From positions 768,001 through 832,000 of the forward strand of contig CAVTLK010000002.1 in NCBI GenBank assembly GCA_963735595.1: a DNA stretch of 64,000 bases, read 5' to 3'. The translations under genes and the position numbers were made by a program. Positions 21,753 through 31,043 of the stretch are shown piece after piece. The notes beneath the pieces were generated by a model. The model saw only the letters and a program-made list of their open reading frames with translations, did not search any database and was not told where the DNA came from. Each line of letters begins with the position of its first letter. Within the stretch, counting starts at the first letter, position 1. Source of the DNA: an uncultured delta proteobacterium (lineage in GTDB: Bacteria > Desulfobacterota > Zymogenia > Zymogenales > Zymogenaceae).

Positions 21753-22895
21753 CTATTCGAGGTTCTTGAGTATGTCCTCGGCAACCGAAACGCCGCTGCC
21801 GAGCTTAACGCCAAACCCGAGGCTCTTGAGGGTCATCTCGACGGCGGCAAGCGTCATGATAATATCAAAACGGTCAACCCAACCCATGTGGGCTATCCTG
21901 AATATCTTCCCCTTGAGGGAGTCCTGCCCGCCGGCCACGGTGATCCCGTGGACGGTCCTGAGCCCCTTGACGATGTCCCCACCCGCGATATCGGCCGGCG
22001 CCTTGATGGCCGTGATCGAATTGCTGGGGGAGCCGGGCGCAAAGAGCTCCAGGCCCATCCCGACGGCCCCCTTCCGGGTGGCGTCGGCCATGACCGCGAA
22101 CCGGTCTAAGAGCTTCTCGAGCCCGATCTCCTTGATGATGGCGAGGGCCTCCCTCAAGCCCACGATGAGAGAGACCGCGGGCGTATAGGCGTTCTGGTTT
22201 TTGGCGAGGTTCTTCTCCTCTTTCTTGAAGTCGAAGTAGTATTTCGGGAGGGTGGAGCGGGAGACGAATTCCCACGCCTTATCCGATATCGAGACAAAGG
22301 CAAGTCCCGGGGGAAGCATCAGGCCCTTCTGCGAGCCCGCCACGACCACGTCAAGCCCCCAGTCGTCCACCGGAAGGGGGATGACCCCGAGGGCCGATAT
22401 GGCGTCTACGACCAGAATCGTATCGGCCTTCTTCCTGACGATATCGGCTATCTCTTTGACCGGATGACCGACGCCGGTGGAGGTCTCCGACGCCTGGATA
22501 AAGACGGCCTTGACGTCCTTATTGGCGGCAAGCGTCTCTTCGATCTGGGCCGGTTTAACGGCCTGTCCCCACGGGACGTCGATGTTGATGGTCTTCACGC
22601 CGTAGACGGTCGCGATTTCGGTCCAGCGCTCCCCGAACTTACCGCCGCGGACTGCAATGACGGTATCACCGGCAGACAGCGTATTGACGATGGCGGCCTC
22701 CATTGCGCCGGTGCCGGAGGATGCATGTATGATGACTTCCTTTTTTGTCTTAAAAAGATATTTAAGTCCTTCGCGAACGTCGGCGAGTATCGCCTCGAAC
22801 TTCGGCGCCCGGTGGTGGATAATCGGCCCGGACATCGCCATGAGAACCCGTTCCGGGACAGGTGTCGGGCCGGGCGTCATCAGGTATTCCTTCAT
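21753..22895 (-). CDS. Class V PLP aminotransferase (alanine-glyoxylate/serine-pyruvate family; probable phosphoserine aminotransferase role)
   Basis: LMTPGPTPVP, SSGTGAMEAA, ETSTG, VDAIS, GSQKGLMLPPG; directly upstream of serA. Confidence 0.9.
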   Translation of the reverse strand: MKEYLMTPGPTPVPERVLMAMSGPIIHHRAPKFEAILADVREGLKYLFKTKKEVIIHASSGTGAMEAAIVNTLSAGDTVIAVRGGKFGERWTEIATVYGVKTINIDVPWGQAVKPAQIEETLAANKDVKAVFIQASETSTGVGHPVKEIADIVRKKADTILVVDAISALGVIPLPVDDWGLDVVVAGSQKGLMLPPGLAFVSISDKAWEFVSRSTLPKYYFDFKKEEKNLAKNQNAYTPAVSLIVGLREALAIIKEIGLEKLLDRFAVMADATRKGAVGMGLELFAPGSPSNSITAIKAPADIAGGDIVKGLRTVHGITVAGGQDSLKGKIFRIAHMGWVDRFDIIMTLAAVEMTLKSLGFGVKLGSGVSVAEDILKNLE

Positions 22896-22982
22896 TGCTA
22901 TTCCTCGAAAGCGGTTATAATAAAAATCGCCATAACGTGTTATCAGAATCACGGTGACTTGTCAAGAGAAATGAACAGCCGT

Positions 22983-24686
22983 TCATTTCTCCGCCGAAAA
23001 CACCGTGGCCTCGAGGGGTCCGATGCGCCACGCGCCGGATGGAAGGCGGTCGGCCTCGTCCCGGCGGTTGGAAACCAGGACGCGCCACGCGCGCCCGTCC
23101 CGGCGTGAGCCGCCCCCCGCGGGGCCAAAGTTGACGGCCGAATCGGAGAAGTTGAGGACGACCAGGCATTGCTCGTCCCGATACTCCCTGAGATAGGCGA
23201 GGATACCCCGGGGTGTCTCCGGGAGGACTTCGATAGTCCCGCGGGTGAGCGCCGCGCTCTGCTTGCGCTTCCAGATGACGTTTCGGTAGAAGGAAAACAG
23301 CGACGACCGATCGTCGGCCTGGGCGGCCACGTTGACGGTCCGGTAATCGGGATTCACCGGAAGCCACGTTGATGATGCCGAGGAAAAACCCGCCGAAGTC
23401 GAGACGTCCCACTGCATGGGGGTCCGGGCCGAGTCCCTGCCCACGGGGATGGGCCAGTACCGGATGCCCACGGGGTCGCGCAAGTCTTTTTTCCTGATGG
23501 AGAGGTTACTCATCCCGATTTCCTCCCCATAGTAGAGGAACGGGGTGCCGCGAACCGTCAATAACAGCATGGCCGCTACCTGGGCCCGGCCGGTCGTCCG
23601 GGCCTCGTCCCGGGTGCCGTACCTCCCGATATGACGCATGCGGTCGTGGTTGGACAGGAAATAGACGGGCCACGCCTTCTTCGGGAGGGCCGCCTCCCAC
23701 GAGGCGATGGCCGATCGAAAGGAATCGGGGCAAAAGCGTTGATTGGCGAAGTGGAAATAGAAGGAGAGATTCAGTCCGTCCGTGCCGTTGCCGTAATAGC
23801 GGGCCGGCACGTTGGGATCGTCGTTGGAAATCTCCCCGACGAGCATCCGGTCACCATAGGAATCCACGAGCCGGCGCATTTCGCGCACGACCTCCAAGTT
23901 TTCGGGAAGGAGGTCCTTGTCGTAGAGATGACGCTGCATGTCGTAGGGACGGCGGCCGATACAATAGGGATTGGAGCGCAGCTGTTTATCTTTAAAAATA
24001 AAATTGATCACATCCAGACGGAATCCGTCCACGCCCTTGTCCAGCCAGAATCTCATCTGGTCGTACATCGCGTTTCGCAGCTCGGGATTCCTCCAGTTGA
24101 CGTCCGTCTGTTCGACGAGCCAGTGGTGATAGTAATACTCCTGGGTTTTCTCGTCCCATGTCCATGCCGGCCCCCCGAAGATCGATTGCCAGTTGTTGGG
24201 GCGGTACCGGCGCGGCGGTTTATCGCCGCCGGAGTAAGATCTCTTCAAGGGGCGGGAGGGCTGCGACCAGATATACCAGTCCCTCTTGGGATTGGTGCGG
24301 GAGCCGCGAGACTCCACGAACCAGGGGTGGAGGTGCGAGGTGTGGCTGGGGACGAAATCCAGGATGATCTTAATCCCGCGCTTATGGGCCTCCGAGAGGA
24401 GCCGGTCGAAATCGGCCATAGTCCCGTAGGAGGGATCAATATTCTTGTAATCCGAGATGTCGTAGCCGAAGTCGTACATCGGGGAGGGGTAGAATGGCGA
24501 AAACCAGATCGCGTCTATCCCGAGGGAGTTACCGGTCCCGTCGTTCAGGTAATCCAGGCGGGAGATGACGCCCGAAAGGTCGCCGATCCCGTCGCCGTTG
24601 GAGTCCATGAAGCTGCGCGGGTAGATCTGGTAGACGATCCCGTCTTTCCACCAGTCTTTCGTTTGTGAGATGTCCTGTAGTTTCAT
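22983..24686 (-). CDS. GH13 alpha-glucosidase/oligo-1,6-glucosidase
   Basis: WWKDGIVYQIYPRSF, DGFRLDVIN, VGE, SNHD, RDSARTPMQW. Confidence 0.92.
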   Translation of the reverse strand: MKLQDISQTKDWWKDGIVYQIYPRSFMDSNGDGIGDLSGVISRLDYLNDGTGNSLGIDAIWFSPFYPSPMYDFGYDISDYKNIDPSYGTMADFDRLLSEAHKRGIKIILDFVPSHTSHLHPWFVESRGSRTNPKRDWYIWSQPSRPLKRSYSGGDKPPRRYRPNNWQSIFGGPAWTWDEKTQEYYYHHWLVEQTDVNWRNPELRNAMYDQMRFWLDKGVDGFRLDVINFIFKDKQLRSNPYCIGRRPYDMQRHLYDKDLLPENLEVVREMRRLVDSYGDRMLVGEISNDDPNVPARYYGNGTDGLNLSFYFHFANQRFCPDSFRSAIASWEAALPKKAWPVYFLSNHDRMRHIGRYGTRDEARTTGRAQVAAMLLLTVRGTPFLYYGEEIGMSNLSIRKKDLRDPVGIRYWPIPVGRDSARTPMQWDVSTSAGFSSASSTWLPVNPDYRTVNVAAQADDRSSLFSFYRNVIWKRKQSAALTRGTIEVLPETPRGILAYLREYRDEQCLVVLNFSDSAVNFGPAGGGSRRDGRAWRVLVSNRRDEADRLPSGAWRIGPLEATVFSAEK

Positions 24687-24768
24687 ACGGCCCCCGTTAT
24701 GGAGTGTGCCAACAGTAATAGCAGATTAGGGATGGTATTTCAAGGAAAGATTCGGGCACTATTTTCGT

Positions 24769-26310
24769 CTACAGCGGGGTCTTCATGGACGTGACGACAA
24801 TGGCGGCCGTCCCACCCACCGGGCATTTATACTCGCATATACCGCAGCCGACGCAGAGGTCGTAGAGCACGACGGGTTTCTTGAGCGGATTGCCGTCGGC
24901 TGACTTCTCTCCGGGGACCTCGGTGAACGCGATGGCCTTATCGGCGGTGGGGCAGTGCTCCTGGCAGACGGCGCAGTTGACGCCGTAGGCATAGGGGAGG
25001 CAGCGGTTTGTATTGATATAGGCCTTCCCGATGACGGTGGTAAGCTTATCCGTCGGGGTTAGCTCCGTGATGGCCTTGGTGGGGCACACCTGGCCGCAGA
25101 GGGTGCACCGGTACTCGCAGTAGCCCACCCGCGGGACGAGGATCGGGCTGTATATCCCCTCGATGCCGCCCAGGCTCAGGTCCGGCTGGAGGCCGCCGGT
25201 GGGGCAGACCATCATGCACTCGGAACACCTGATGCACCGGGAGAGGAAGTCGGCCTCCGGGCCCGCCCCCGGCGGCCGGATGAGGGCGTCGATACCCTGG
25301 GTGTCTTTCAGCCGCCTGCCCGCGCCGATCGACAACAGCGGCCCGACCAGGAGGCCACCGGCCAGTGAGCCGACCAGCCAGCGGCGCGACGCGGTGGGGA
25401 CCGTTCGCTTCGGTTTTAACCCGATCGAGTAGGCGGCCTTCCCGTCGGGGCACTCACGGACGCAGTCAAGCGTCAGGATGCACTCACCCTTACGGAAGGC
25501 GCCGTCACGTGAAAAGGCCCCGGTGTCGCAGACCTCCCGGCACCGCTCGCACCCCGGGCAGAGGGCCGGTGGTTTGCGCTTCAGAAACGATATACCGGCT
25601 ATCAACGAGAGGAGCGCCCCGAGGGGGCAGAGGTACCGGCACCAGAAGCGGGGCCTGATTACCTCCAGTGCAATGATGGCGAGCAGGATAATGAGGCTCA
25701 ACCCTGCCAAAAAGAAATAGCCCTGACGAAAGGGGAGGACCGTCGCCTTCAGGCCTGTAAGCAGGGCGTCAGCCGACGGGCCAATGATCGGAACGTCCCA
25801 TTTGACCAGTGCACCGAGAACGCCGTATGCGACCACAGACACCATCGGGTAGACGGCGACGGTCAGCGATCGAATCATGATCGAGAGGGGGTCGAACAGG
25901 CCGGCGGCGTTCGCCGAAACCAGCGAGGCCGCCAGGACCCCCGCGAGCAGATAATACTTCAGGTTGAGGTTCGGCGCCCACCATTCCCGGCGGGGGGGGA
26001 TGAGCGGCCGCGCCAGGTCAAGGGTCGTCCCGAGGGGGCAAACCCAGCCGCAAAAGAACCGGCCGATAATAAGCGTGGCTGCCGCCAGAAGCAGCGAAGG
26101 CCAGAAGAAGGCGTTGATTGCCCGGGACGACGCGAGCGTCGAAAGGGCTACCAGCGGGTCGACCGATAAAAAGACATTTATCGGGTAATCGACTTGGTTG
26201 CCGCCCCGGTAGGAGGTGGTGACGAAGAGAACCAGAAATATCGCCAGGATCGAGATTTGAATCGTCCGCCTGAGGCCGGACGCCGGGCGGTGGTACCGCT
26301 TTCCCACCAC
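24769..26310 (-). CDS. Membrane polyferredoxin (NapH/MauN-like fused to NapG/MauM-like)
   Basis: GRFFCGWVCPLG, RFWCRYLCPLG, RPPGA...CIRCSECMMVCP, multiple Cys clusters. Confidence 0.88.
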   Translation of the reverse strand: MVGKRYHRPASGLRRTIQISILAIFLVLFVTTSYRGGNQVDYPINVFLSVDPLVALSTLASSRAINAFFWPSLLLAAATLIIGRFFCGWVCPLGTTLDLARPLIPPRREWWAPNLNLKYYLLAGVLAASLVSANAAGLFDPLSIMIRSLTVAVYPMVSVVAYGVLGALVKWDVPIIGPSADALLTGLKATVLPFRQGYFFLAGLSLIILLAIIALEVIRPRFWCRYLCPLGALLSLIAGISFLKRKPPALCPGCERCREVCDTGAFSRDGAFRKGECILTLDCVRECPDGKAAYSIGLKPKRTVPTASRRWLVGSLAGGLLVGPLLSIGAGRRLKDTQGIDALIRPPGAGPEADFLSRCIRCSECMMVCPTGGLQPDLSLGGIEGIYSPILVPRVGYCEYRCTLCGQVCPTKAITELTPTDKLTTVIGKAYINTNRCLPYAYGVNCAVCQEHCPTADKAIAFTEVPGEKSADGNPLKKPVVLYDLCVGCGICEYKCPVGGTAAIVVTSMKTPL

Positions 26311-27267
26311 TTAGCCCCCGATGATCCTGACCCTGGAGAGGTCAATCTGCCCCAATCCCATCTCCGCGGCCCGGACGATGTGGCCGATGTCGGCTCCCTT
26401 CATGCCGAAGAGCGTGGCGCCGTAGGAGTCGACGGCCACCGGATCAACACCCGCGATTATGCGGTTGGTTACCCTGACGTGCGTGAGATCACCCCCGGAC
26501 GGCCCGTTGTCGAACATCACGCGGGTGGCGTCAAGGACGATGAGTGCGGGTTTTATAAAGCTCGAGATATCGGCAATCTTCTGATCGATTCCTACGTGGA
26601 TCCGGCCGCGGTTTCCCCCGATAATTCCCATCAGGTTTTTCATGGAGAGTGTCAGCGTGGTGGAGCCGTGGTTTTTTGCTACCGGGACGTTGATAAATTT
26701 ATCGGCGTCCAGCGCCTCTTTGTAAAACGTCCACTCCGTGAGCTTCTTGGCCCGTGGGAGTTTCCTGGTTACCCACTTGTTGTCGTCGATATATTCGACC
26801 TTCGCCTTCGGGCTCTTGAGCCCCTCCACTGCAGCCTTTATGCCGCTTGTGGCATAGGACCTTCGGGCGTCGACGCACGGGTTGTCGAAGACGAAGACCT
26901 TGGCGGCGCCGGCATCGAGACACATCTGGACGATTGTCCGAACGACCACGGGGTGCGTATTACCGCCGTACTGGGGCGCACTGTCCCAGCCGATATTGGG
27001 TTTGACTACAACCCGCTCGCCCCCCGAGATAAACGCGCCGATACCCCCGATCCCGCCGACGGCGTCGATAACGGCGTTCGCGTAGTTTGTTCCCTTACCG
27101 ATCGAAAGCGTGCCGGTTTTCGTCGCTGCGAAGAGATCGAGGGGCGCGACTGCCGCCGGGGCGAGTAAGGCCAGAGAGGATGTGCAGAGCGCTCTAACCA
27201 GAAACGACCGGCGGTCGATAGCGTCCGGGGATGACCGATGCTTGTTAGCGTTGTTACCATCGCGCAT
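26311..27267 (-). CDS. DUF362 family protein with Tat signal
   Basis: DRRSFL; VVKPNIGW, NTHP, VPVAKNH, SMKNLMG, DPVAVD. Confidence 0.88.
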   Translation of the reverse strand: MRDGNNANKHRSSPDAIDRRSFLVRALCTSSLALLAPAAVAPLDLFAATKTGTLSIGKGTNYANAVIDAVGGIGGIGAFISGGERVVVKPNIGWDSAPQYGGNTHPVVVRTIVQMCLDAGAAKVFVFDNPCVDARRSYATSGIKAAVEGLKSPKAKVEYIDDNKWVTRKLPRAKKLTEWTFYKEALDADKFINVPVAKNHGSTTLTLSMKNLMGIIGGNRGRIHVGIDQKIADISSFIKPALIVLDATRVMFDNGPSGGDLTHVRVTNRIIAGVDPVAVDSYGATLFGMKGADIGHIVRAAEMGLGQIDLSRVRIIGG

Positions 27268-27330
27268 AGATACCCTCCGTTGCGGATGGCGAGGAGACGA
27301 GCCCGTTTACGTCTATTAGCCCTATTCGCC

Positions 27331-27486
27331 CTATTCGTCTTTGCTCTCGGCCGGCGCCGTACCGGAGACTTCCTCGGTATATACCTGGGCTACACTTTGT
27401 ACGGCAATGCCCGCGGCCTTGAGGGCGGCGGTGATGTCTCCTGCCTTGGTGTCGTAGGTCTTGAGAATGTAGTTGACCTGTTTCAT
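27331..27486 (-). CDS. 51-aa small protein (absent from ORF track)
   Basis: AAAGGA RBS; MKQVNYILKTYDTKAGDITAALKAAGIAVQSVAQVYTEEVSGTAPAESKDE*; co-directional with DUF362. Confidence 0.6.
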   Translation of the reverse strand: MKQVNYILKTYDTKAGDITAALKAAGIAVQSVAQVYTEEVSGTAPAESKDE

Positions 27487-27648
27487 TTAGTTTGGTCCTT
27501 TAGTAAGTGGTGCCGGTATCGGAATGCCAATATAATAACTATACCATGCCGTGCCGTGCCTGTCCAGACGGTGCGCCGATTTTTTTTATGGATGCCCGGG
27601 ATGGGTATAGTGGACGTCGGGGTGAGGGACGGCGAGGAAGCGAAGAAG

Positions 27649-27678
27649 TCCGGGGCGGGATTTCCATCCCGCCCCGGA
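27649..27678 (-). terminator. Terminator-like hairpin
   Basis: TCCGGGGCGGGAT-ttcc-ATCCCGCCCCGGA just after the outer-membrane protein stop. Confidence 0.7.
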
Positions 27679-27689
27679 TTACAGCAATA

Positions 27690-29189
27690 TTAGAGATCCC
27701 ACATTCTCATAAAGCCAACCGATACCGTCCAGTCAGGATCGTATTCGGCAAGTCCGGCAGCGCCCGAGACGTAGAAGGCGGATTTGCCGACGAGGAACCT
27801 GAGGCCGCCGCCGGCCATGTAGCTCCGGACGGTCTCCGCGGTGGAGAACTTACCATAGAACTCGCCATATACGGACATCCAGTTGGTCACGGCATATTCC
27901 GTACCGAGGGAGACGACGTACGAGTCGTTCTGGCTGTTCAGATTTTCGGGATCACCCTCGATCACAAGGCCTGCGTTTGCATGGGCGGCCAGTTTCTTGT
28001 ACGAGACCGACGCAAGGATGAGGCCGGTGAAATCCATCTTTCCGCTGTCCAACCCGTCGTCATACGAATCCAGGGGAAGTTTGACGTCGGTAAGGAATCC
28101 GAAGCGGAATGCTCCAACCTCCCAGGGAGATACCTTGAAGCTGACGTGGACGTTTGAAATGCCGTCGGTATCACCATAGGCGGGGGAATCGTCAAGGAAA
28201 TAATACGAACTGGAGAATCCGATATCGACGCCGTTTGCCAGACCGACCCTGAACTCCTTGAAAAAGGCATCATAGAGCATCGAGTCGTCCGAGTAACCCG
28301 CAGCCGAAAGGCCCAGCCCGGTGTAGACCTCGCCCTTCCCGACCGTCCATGCCTCCCTGGTTTTCATCGGGAAGGGGTAGTAGGCCAGACGCAGGGGGGA
28401 CTCATCGGTGTAGAACGACAGCGCGCCGCTGGGTCCGACAGCCCATACGCGGGAGAGGGACAGTCCGGCCGACCACTCGGGTGTATCCGACGTCAGGCCG
28501 TACGACCCGGTGACACCCCATTCCCATCCCCAGGCGAGGGGGCCGACGACGCCGAGGGAGACCGCTGCGATTTCGTGATCTTCGTCGCCGGCGGTTCCGG
28601 CAACGTCAGCCACGATTGACCAGTGATCGGTAATCAGGTATTCTACGCCCACGCCGTAGGCGAACAGGTAGTCATAGTGGCGGTAGCGCTGGCCGTCGCC
28701 GATAACGGCCAGGCCGGCGTTGAGGTTGATCTTCAGGTTCTTAACCGTCGCGGTATAGAGCCCGGTTACGAAGAAATCCTGTTCGTCGGTTCCAATCCCG
28801 TTAAATTCCTGGGCGTTTGGGAGCTTGGTCGCGATCGAAAAGCCGAGCCGCCCCCAGGGCCCCTTCCAGGGAGACACCTTGAGGCCGATAGTAAGGTCAC
28901 CGGAGCCAGAATCCGTGCTGTCGTCGGACCACCGGCGCGTCATATAACCGCCGTATCTGAGGATCAGATCGGTATCGTCCGAGACGCCCCACGCCGCGTC
29001 GAAGCCGGGCGTGCTCAGGAGCAGCGAAGAATCGGGAAGCTCCGAAGCCGAGAATTTTAAGTCAAAACGGAGGTTCCCGCCCCCGACGGTCTCGGCGCGG
29101 TCGGTAGTCAGAGGGTTGAGCTCAGCGGCCTGCGCGGAAACCCCGGCGGTGAGTAGCCCCACAAGAACGAGGAAGAGAATCCTTTTCAT
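27690..29189 (-). CDS. Outer-membrane beta-barrel protein with two tandem COG4313/MetA-pathway-like domains
   Basis: Signal peptide, amphipathic strands, clear internal duplication (KVSPW..GF...KLP..G....DF...NAGL..GD occurs twice). Confidence 0.7.
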   Translation of the reverse strand: MKRILFLVLVGLLTAGVSAQAAELNPLTTDRAETVGGGNLRFDLKFSASELPDSSLLLSTPGFDAAWGVSDDTDLILRYGGYMTRRWSDDSTDSGSGDLTIGLKVSPWKGPWGRLGFSIATKLPNAQEFNGIGTDEQDFFVTGLYTATVKNLKINLNAGLAVIGDGQRYRHYDYLFAYGVGVEYLITDHWSIVADVAGTAGDEDHEIAAVSLGVVGPLAWGWEWGVTGSYGLTSDTPEWSAGLSLSRVWAVGPSGALSFYTDESPLRLAYYPFPMKTREAWTVGKGEVYTGLGLSAAGYSDDSMLYDAFFKEFRVGLANGVDIGFSSSYYFLDDSPAYGDTDGISNVHVSFKVSPWEVGAFRFGFLTDVKLPLDSYDDGLDSGKMDFTGLILASVSYKKLAAHANAGLVIEGDPENLNSQNDSYVVSLGTEYAVTNWMSVYGEFYGKFSTAETVRSYMAGGGLRFLVGKSAFYVSGAAGLAEYDPDWTVSVGFMRMWDL

Positions 29190-29402
29190 TTTTCTACCTT
29201 CCATGAATTGATTACTTATTTATTCATTAGAAATAGAGCCAGTATAGTTCTACCATTTTATATCCCGTTTTGTCAAACAATAACGGGATACTGATAAACA
29301 GCACGCTCCGGCCGTCCGTTCGGCGGTCGCCCGACGGTTTTCTGTTGATTATTCGCCGTGTCGTTTGTAAAATAGTAACAGGACCATCCGATAGGATTAT
29401 CG

Positions 29403-30197
29403 GTGAGAATTCTCTGCTTTTTTGCGATAGTACTTGCCCTGATCGGCCCGCTGCGCGACGCGACGGCCGCCGCAGAGGACGTATCCCTGCTTCTCGGCCG
29501 GGGGGACGCCGCCTGGGAAAAACGGGGGACGGATGGGACCGTCGAAAACGGTAACGCCGCCAACCTTTTCCTCTCCGCCGCCAAAACCGCTCCCTACAAT
29601 TACGAAGCGCATTGGAAGGCCGCCCGCTGCCTCTGGTGGATGGCCGACCAGGACCTCCTGGCCAACGACAATAGAAACCGGCAGCGCGATCTCTCACGCG
29701 GGGCGATGGACCTTGCCGCCCGGGCTATCCTCATCCGGCCCGACGGAGTCGAGGGGCGTCTCTACTGGGCGCTGTCGGCCCTGCATTACTGCTACGGTGT
29801 CGGCATGGTCGATGCCCTCAAGGAGGGCATACAGGACGAAGCCGCGCGTCACCTTCTCTATTGTTACGAACATGACAAGACCGCCGGAGGGGGGATCGTC
29901 ATGCTGGGTCTCTCATCGCTGTATCGAACGGCGCCGTGGCCGCTGAGGGATTCGGGAAAGGCCGTCGATTACGCCCGCGAAGCCCTATCGGCGCGCCCGG
30001 GAAATATTCGGGCCGCGGTCTTCCTGGGTGTGGCAGTGGGGGCGGCCGGTCGGTACGACGAATCGTTGGAACTCCTCACCGTGGCCTCCGAAATGGACGG
30101 GGATACGGCGCTGGAACCCGACTGCACGTGGTGGAAACGTTTTGCCCGGACATGTATCGAGAGGGGGAACATACCCGATCCCGATAAACTGCTATAG
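29403..30197 (+). CDS. Secreted TPR-like protein (TatT/RMDN-like)
   Basis: Signal peptide; YEAHWKAAR, AILIRPDGVEGRLYWA, LYRTAPWPLRD helical repeats. Confidence 0.65.
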   Translation: MRILCFFAIVLALIGPLRDATAAAEDVSLLLGRGDAAWEKRGTDGTVENGNAANLFLSAAKTAPYNYEAHWKAARCLWWMADQDLLANDNRNRQRDLSRGAMDLAARAILIRPDGVEGRLYWALSALHYCYGVGMVDALKEGIQDEAARHLLYCYEHDKTAGGGIVMLGLSSLYRTAPWPLRDSGKAVDYAREALSARPGNIRAAVFLGVAVGAAGRYDESLELLTVASEMDGDTALEPDCTWWKRFARTCIERGNIPDPDKLL

Positions 30198-30256
30198 GGA
30201 GCGCCCTTCTCCGGATCGGGCGTCGGTCTATTCACGGGTCTAAACCGGTAACCGGG

Positions 30257-30826
30257 ATGAATGGCACGGGCGATTCTCAAGAGAAACTCGGTTGGTTTTC
30301 CCATATCCCGCTGGACTACTACATTGACCAGAAGGGGAGGGAGCATATCTTTCGGTTCGCCGGGAGGCGCGATTTCGAAAAGGTCATGGCGATGTACCGG
30401 GGATTTGAGCCGAAGCGGAGTAACATGGGGGTGCCGCCGGAAGACCCGGATCGACTTGAGGCATGGGTAACGCACTTCTTTGCGGAAGGCATCAGCAACC
30501 TCGTGGCGATGGACCCCGATGACTCGATCGTGGGGCACGCCGCCATCCTGCCCATAACTTCCGAGGTCTCCGAGTATTTCATGGCGGTGCTGCCGGTCGA
30601 CCAGAGCGCCGGGATCGGAGGTGTGCTGGCCCAGGTCGTCATAGAGGCCGCCCGGTACCTGAGGGTCAAGCGGCTCTGGATCTGTGTCGATAAATCAAAC
30701 GTCAGGGCGTTGCGTCTGCATCGGAGGCTCGGTTTCGTGATCCAGGAGGGAAGGCTCGGGTATGATTACGAGATGACCTACGAAGTCGGCAGCGCGGTGG
30801 GTGTGCACTACGGGTTGGAGACGTAG
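30257..30826 (+). CDS. GNAT family N-acetyltransferase
   Basis: VLPVDQSAGIG (motif A), NVRALRLHRRLGF. Confidence 0.85.
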   Translation: MNGTGDSQEKLGWFSHIPLDYYIDQKGREHIFRFAGRRDFEKVMAMYRGFEPKRSNMGVPPEDPDRLEAWVTHFFAEGISNLVAMDPDDSIVGHAAILPITSEVSEYFMAVLPVDQSAGIGGVLAQVVIEAARYLRVKRLWICVDKSNVRALRLHRRLGFVIQEGRLGYDYEMTYEVGSAVGVHYGLET

Positions 30827-31043
30827 GCCGGCGCCGTCCGGGGATTTCTCGTGACATACCGCGCGCGAGCGTATAAAATAACAATCAGATCCGATACCGC
30901 GGCGCCGGTATCTCCGCATCTCACATTCGCGCCGCTCCCGAAATACCGTGGTTCCCCCGTGCTCCGGGCCCTTCCCCGATGATTGATCGATTTCTGCGGG
31001 CGTCCGGGAGCGGGTTTTTTCCTCAACAAGGGTAGAGTCGCGC

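Noticed and set aside
20156..22895. Class V aminotransferase-serA pair as a novel pathway
   Set aside because: This is a known, common arrangement in which the aminotransferase substitutes for SerC.
30827..31043. Cobalamin riboswitch upstream of the acs cluster
   Set aside because: The location is plausible, but I could not find B12-box or other conserved elements.
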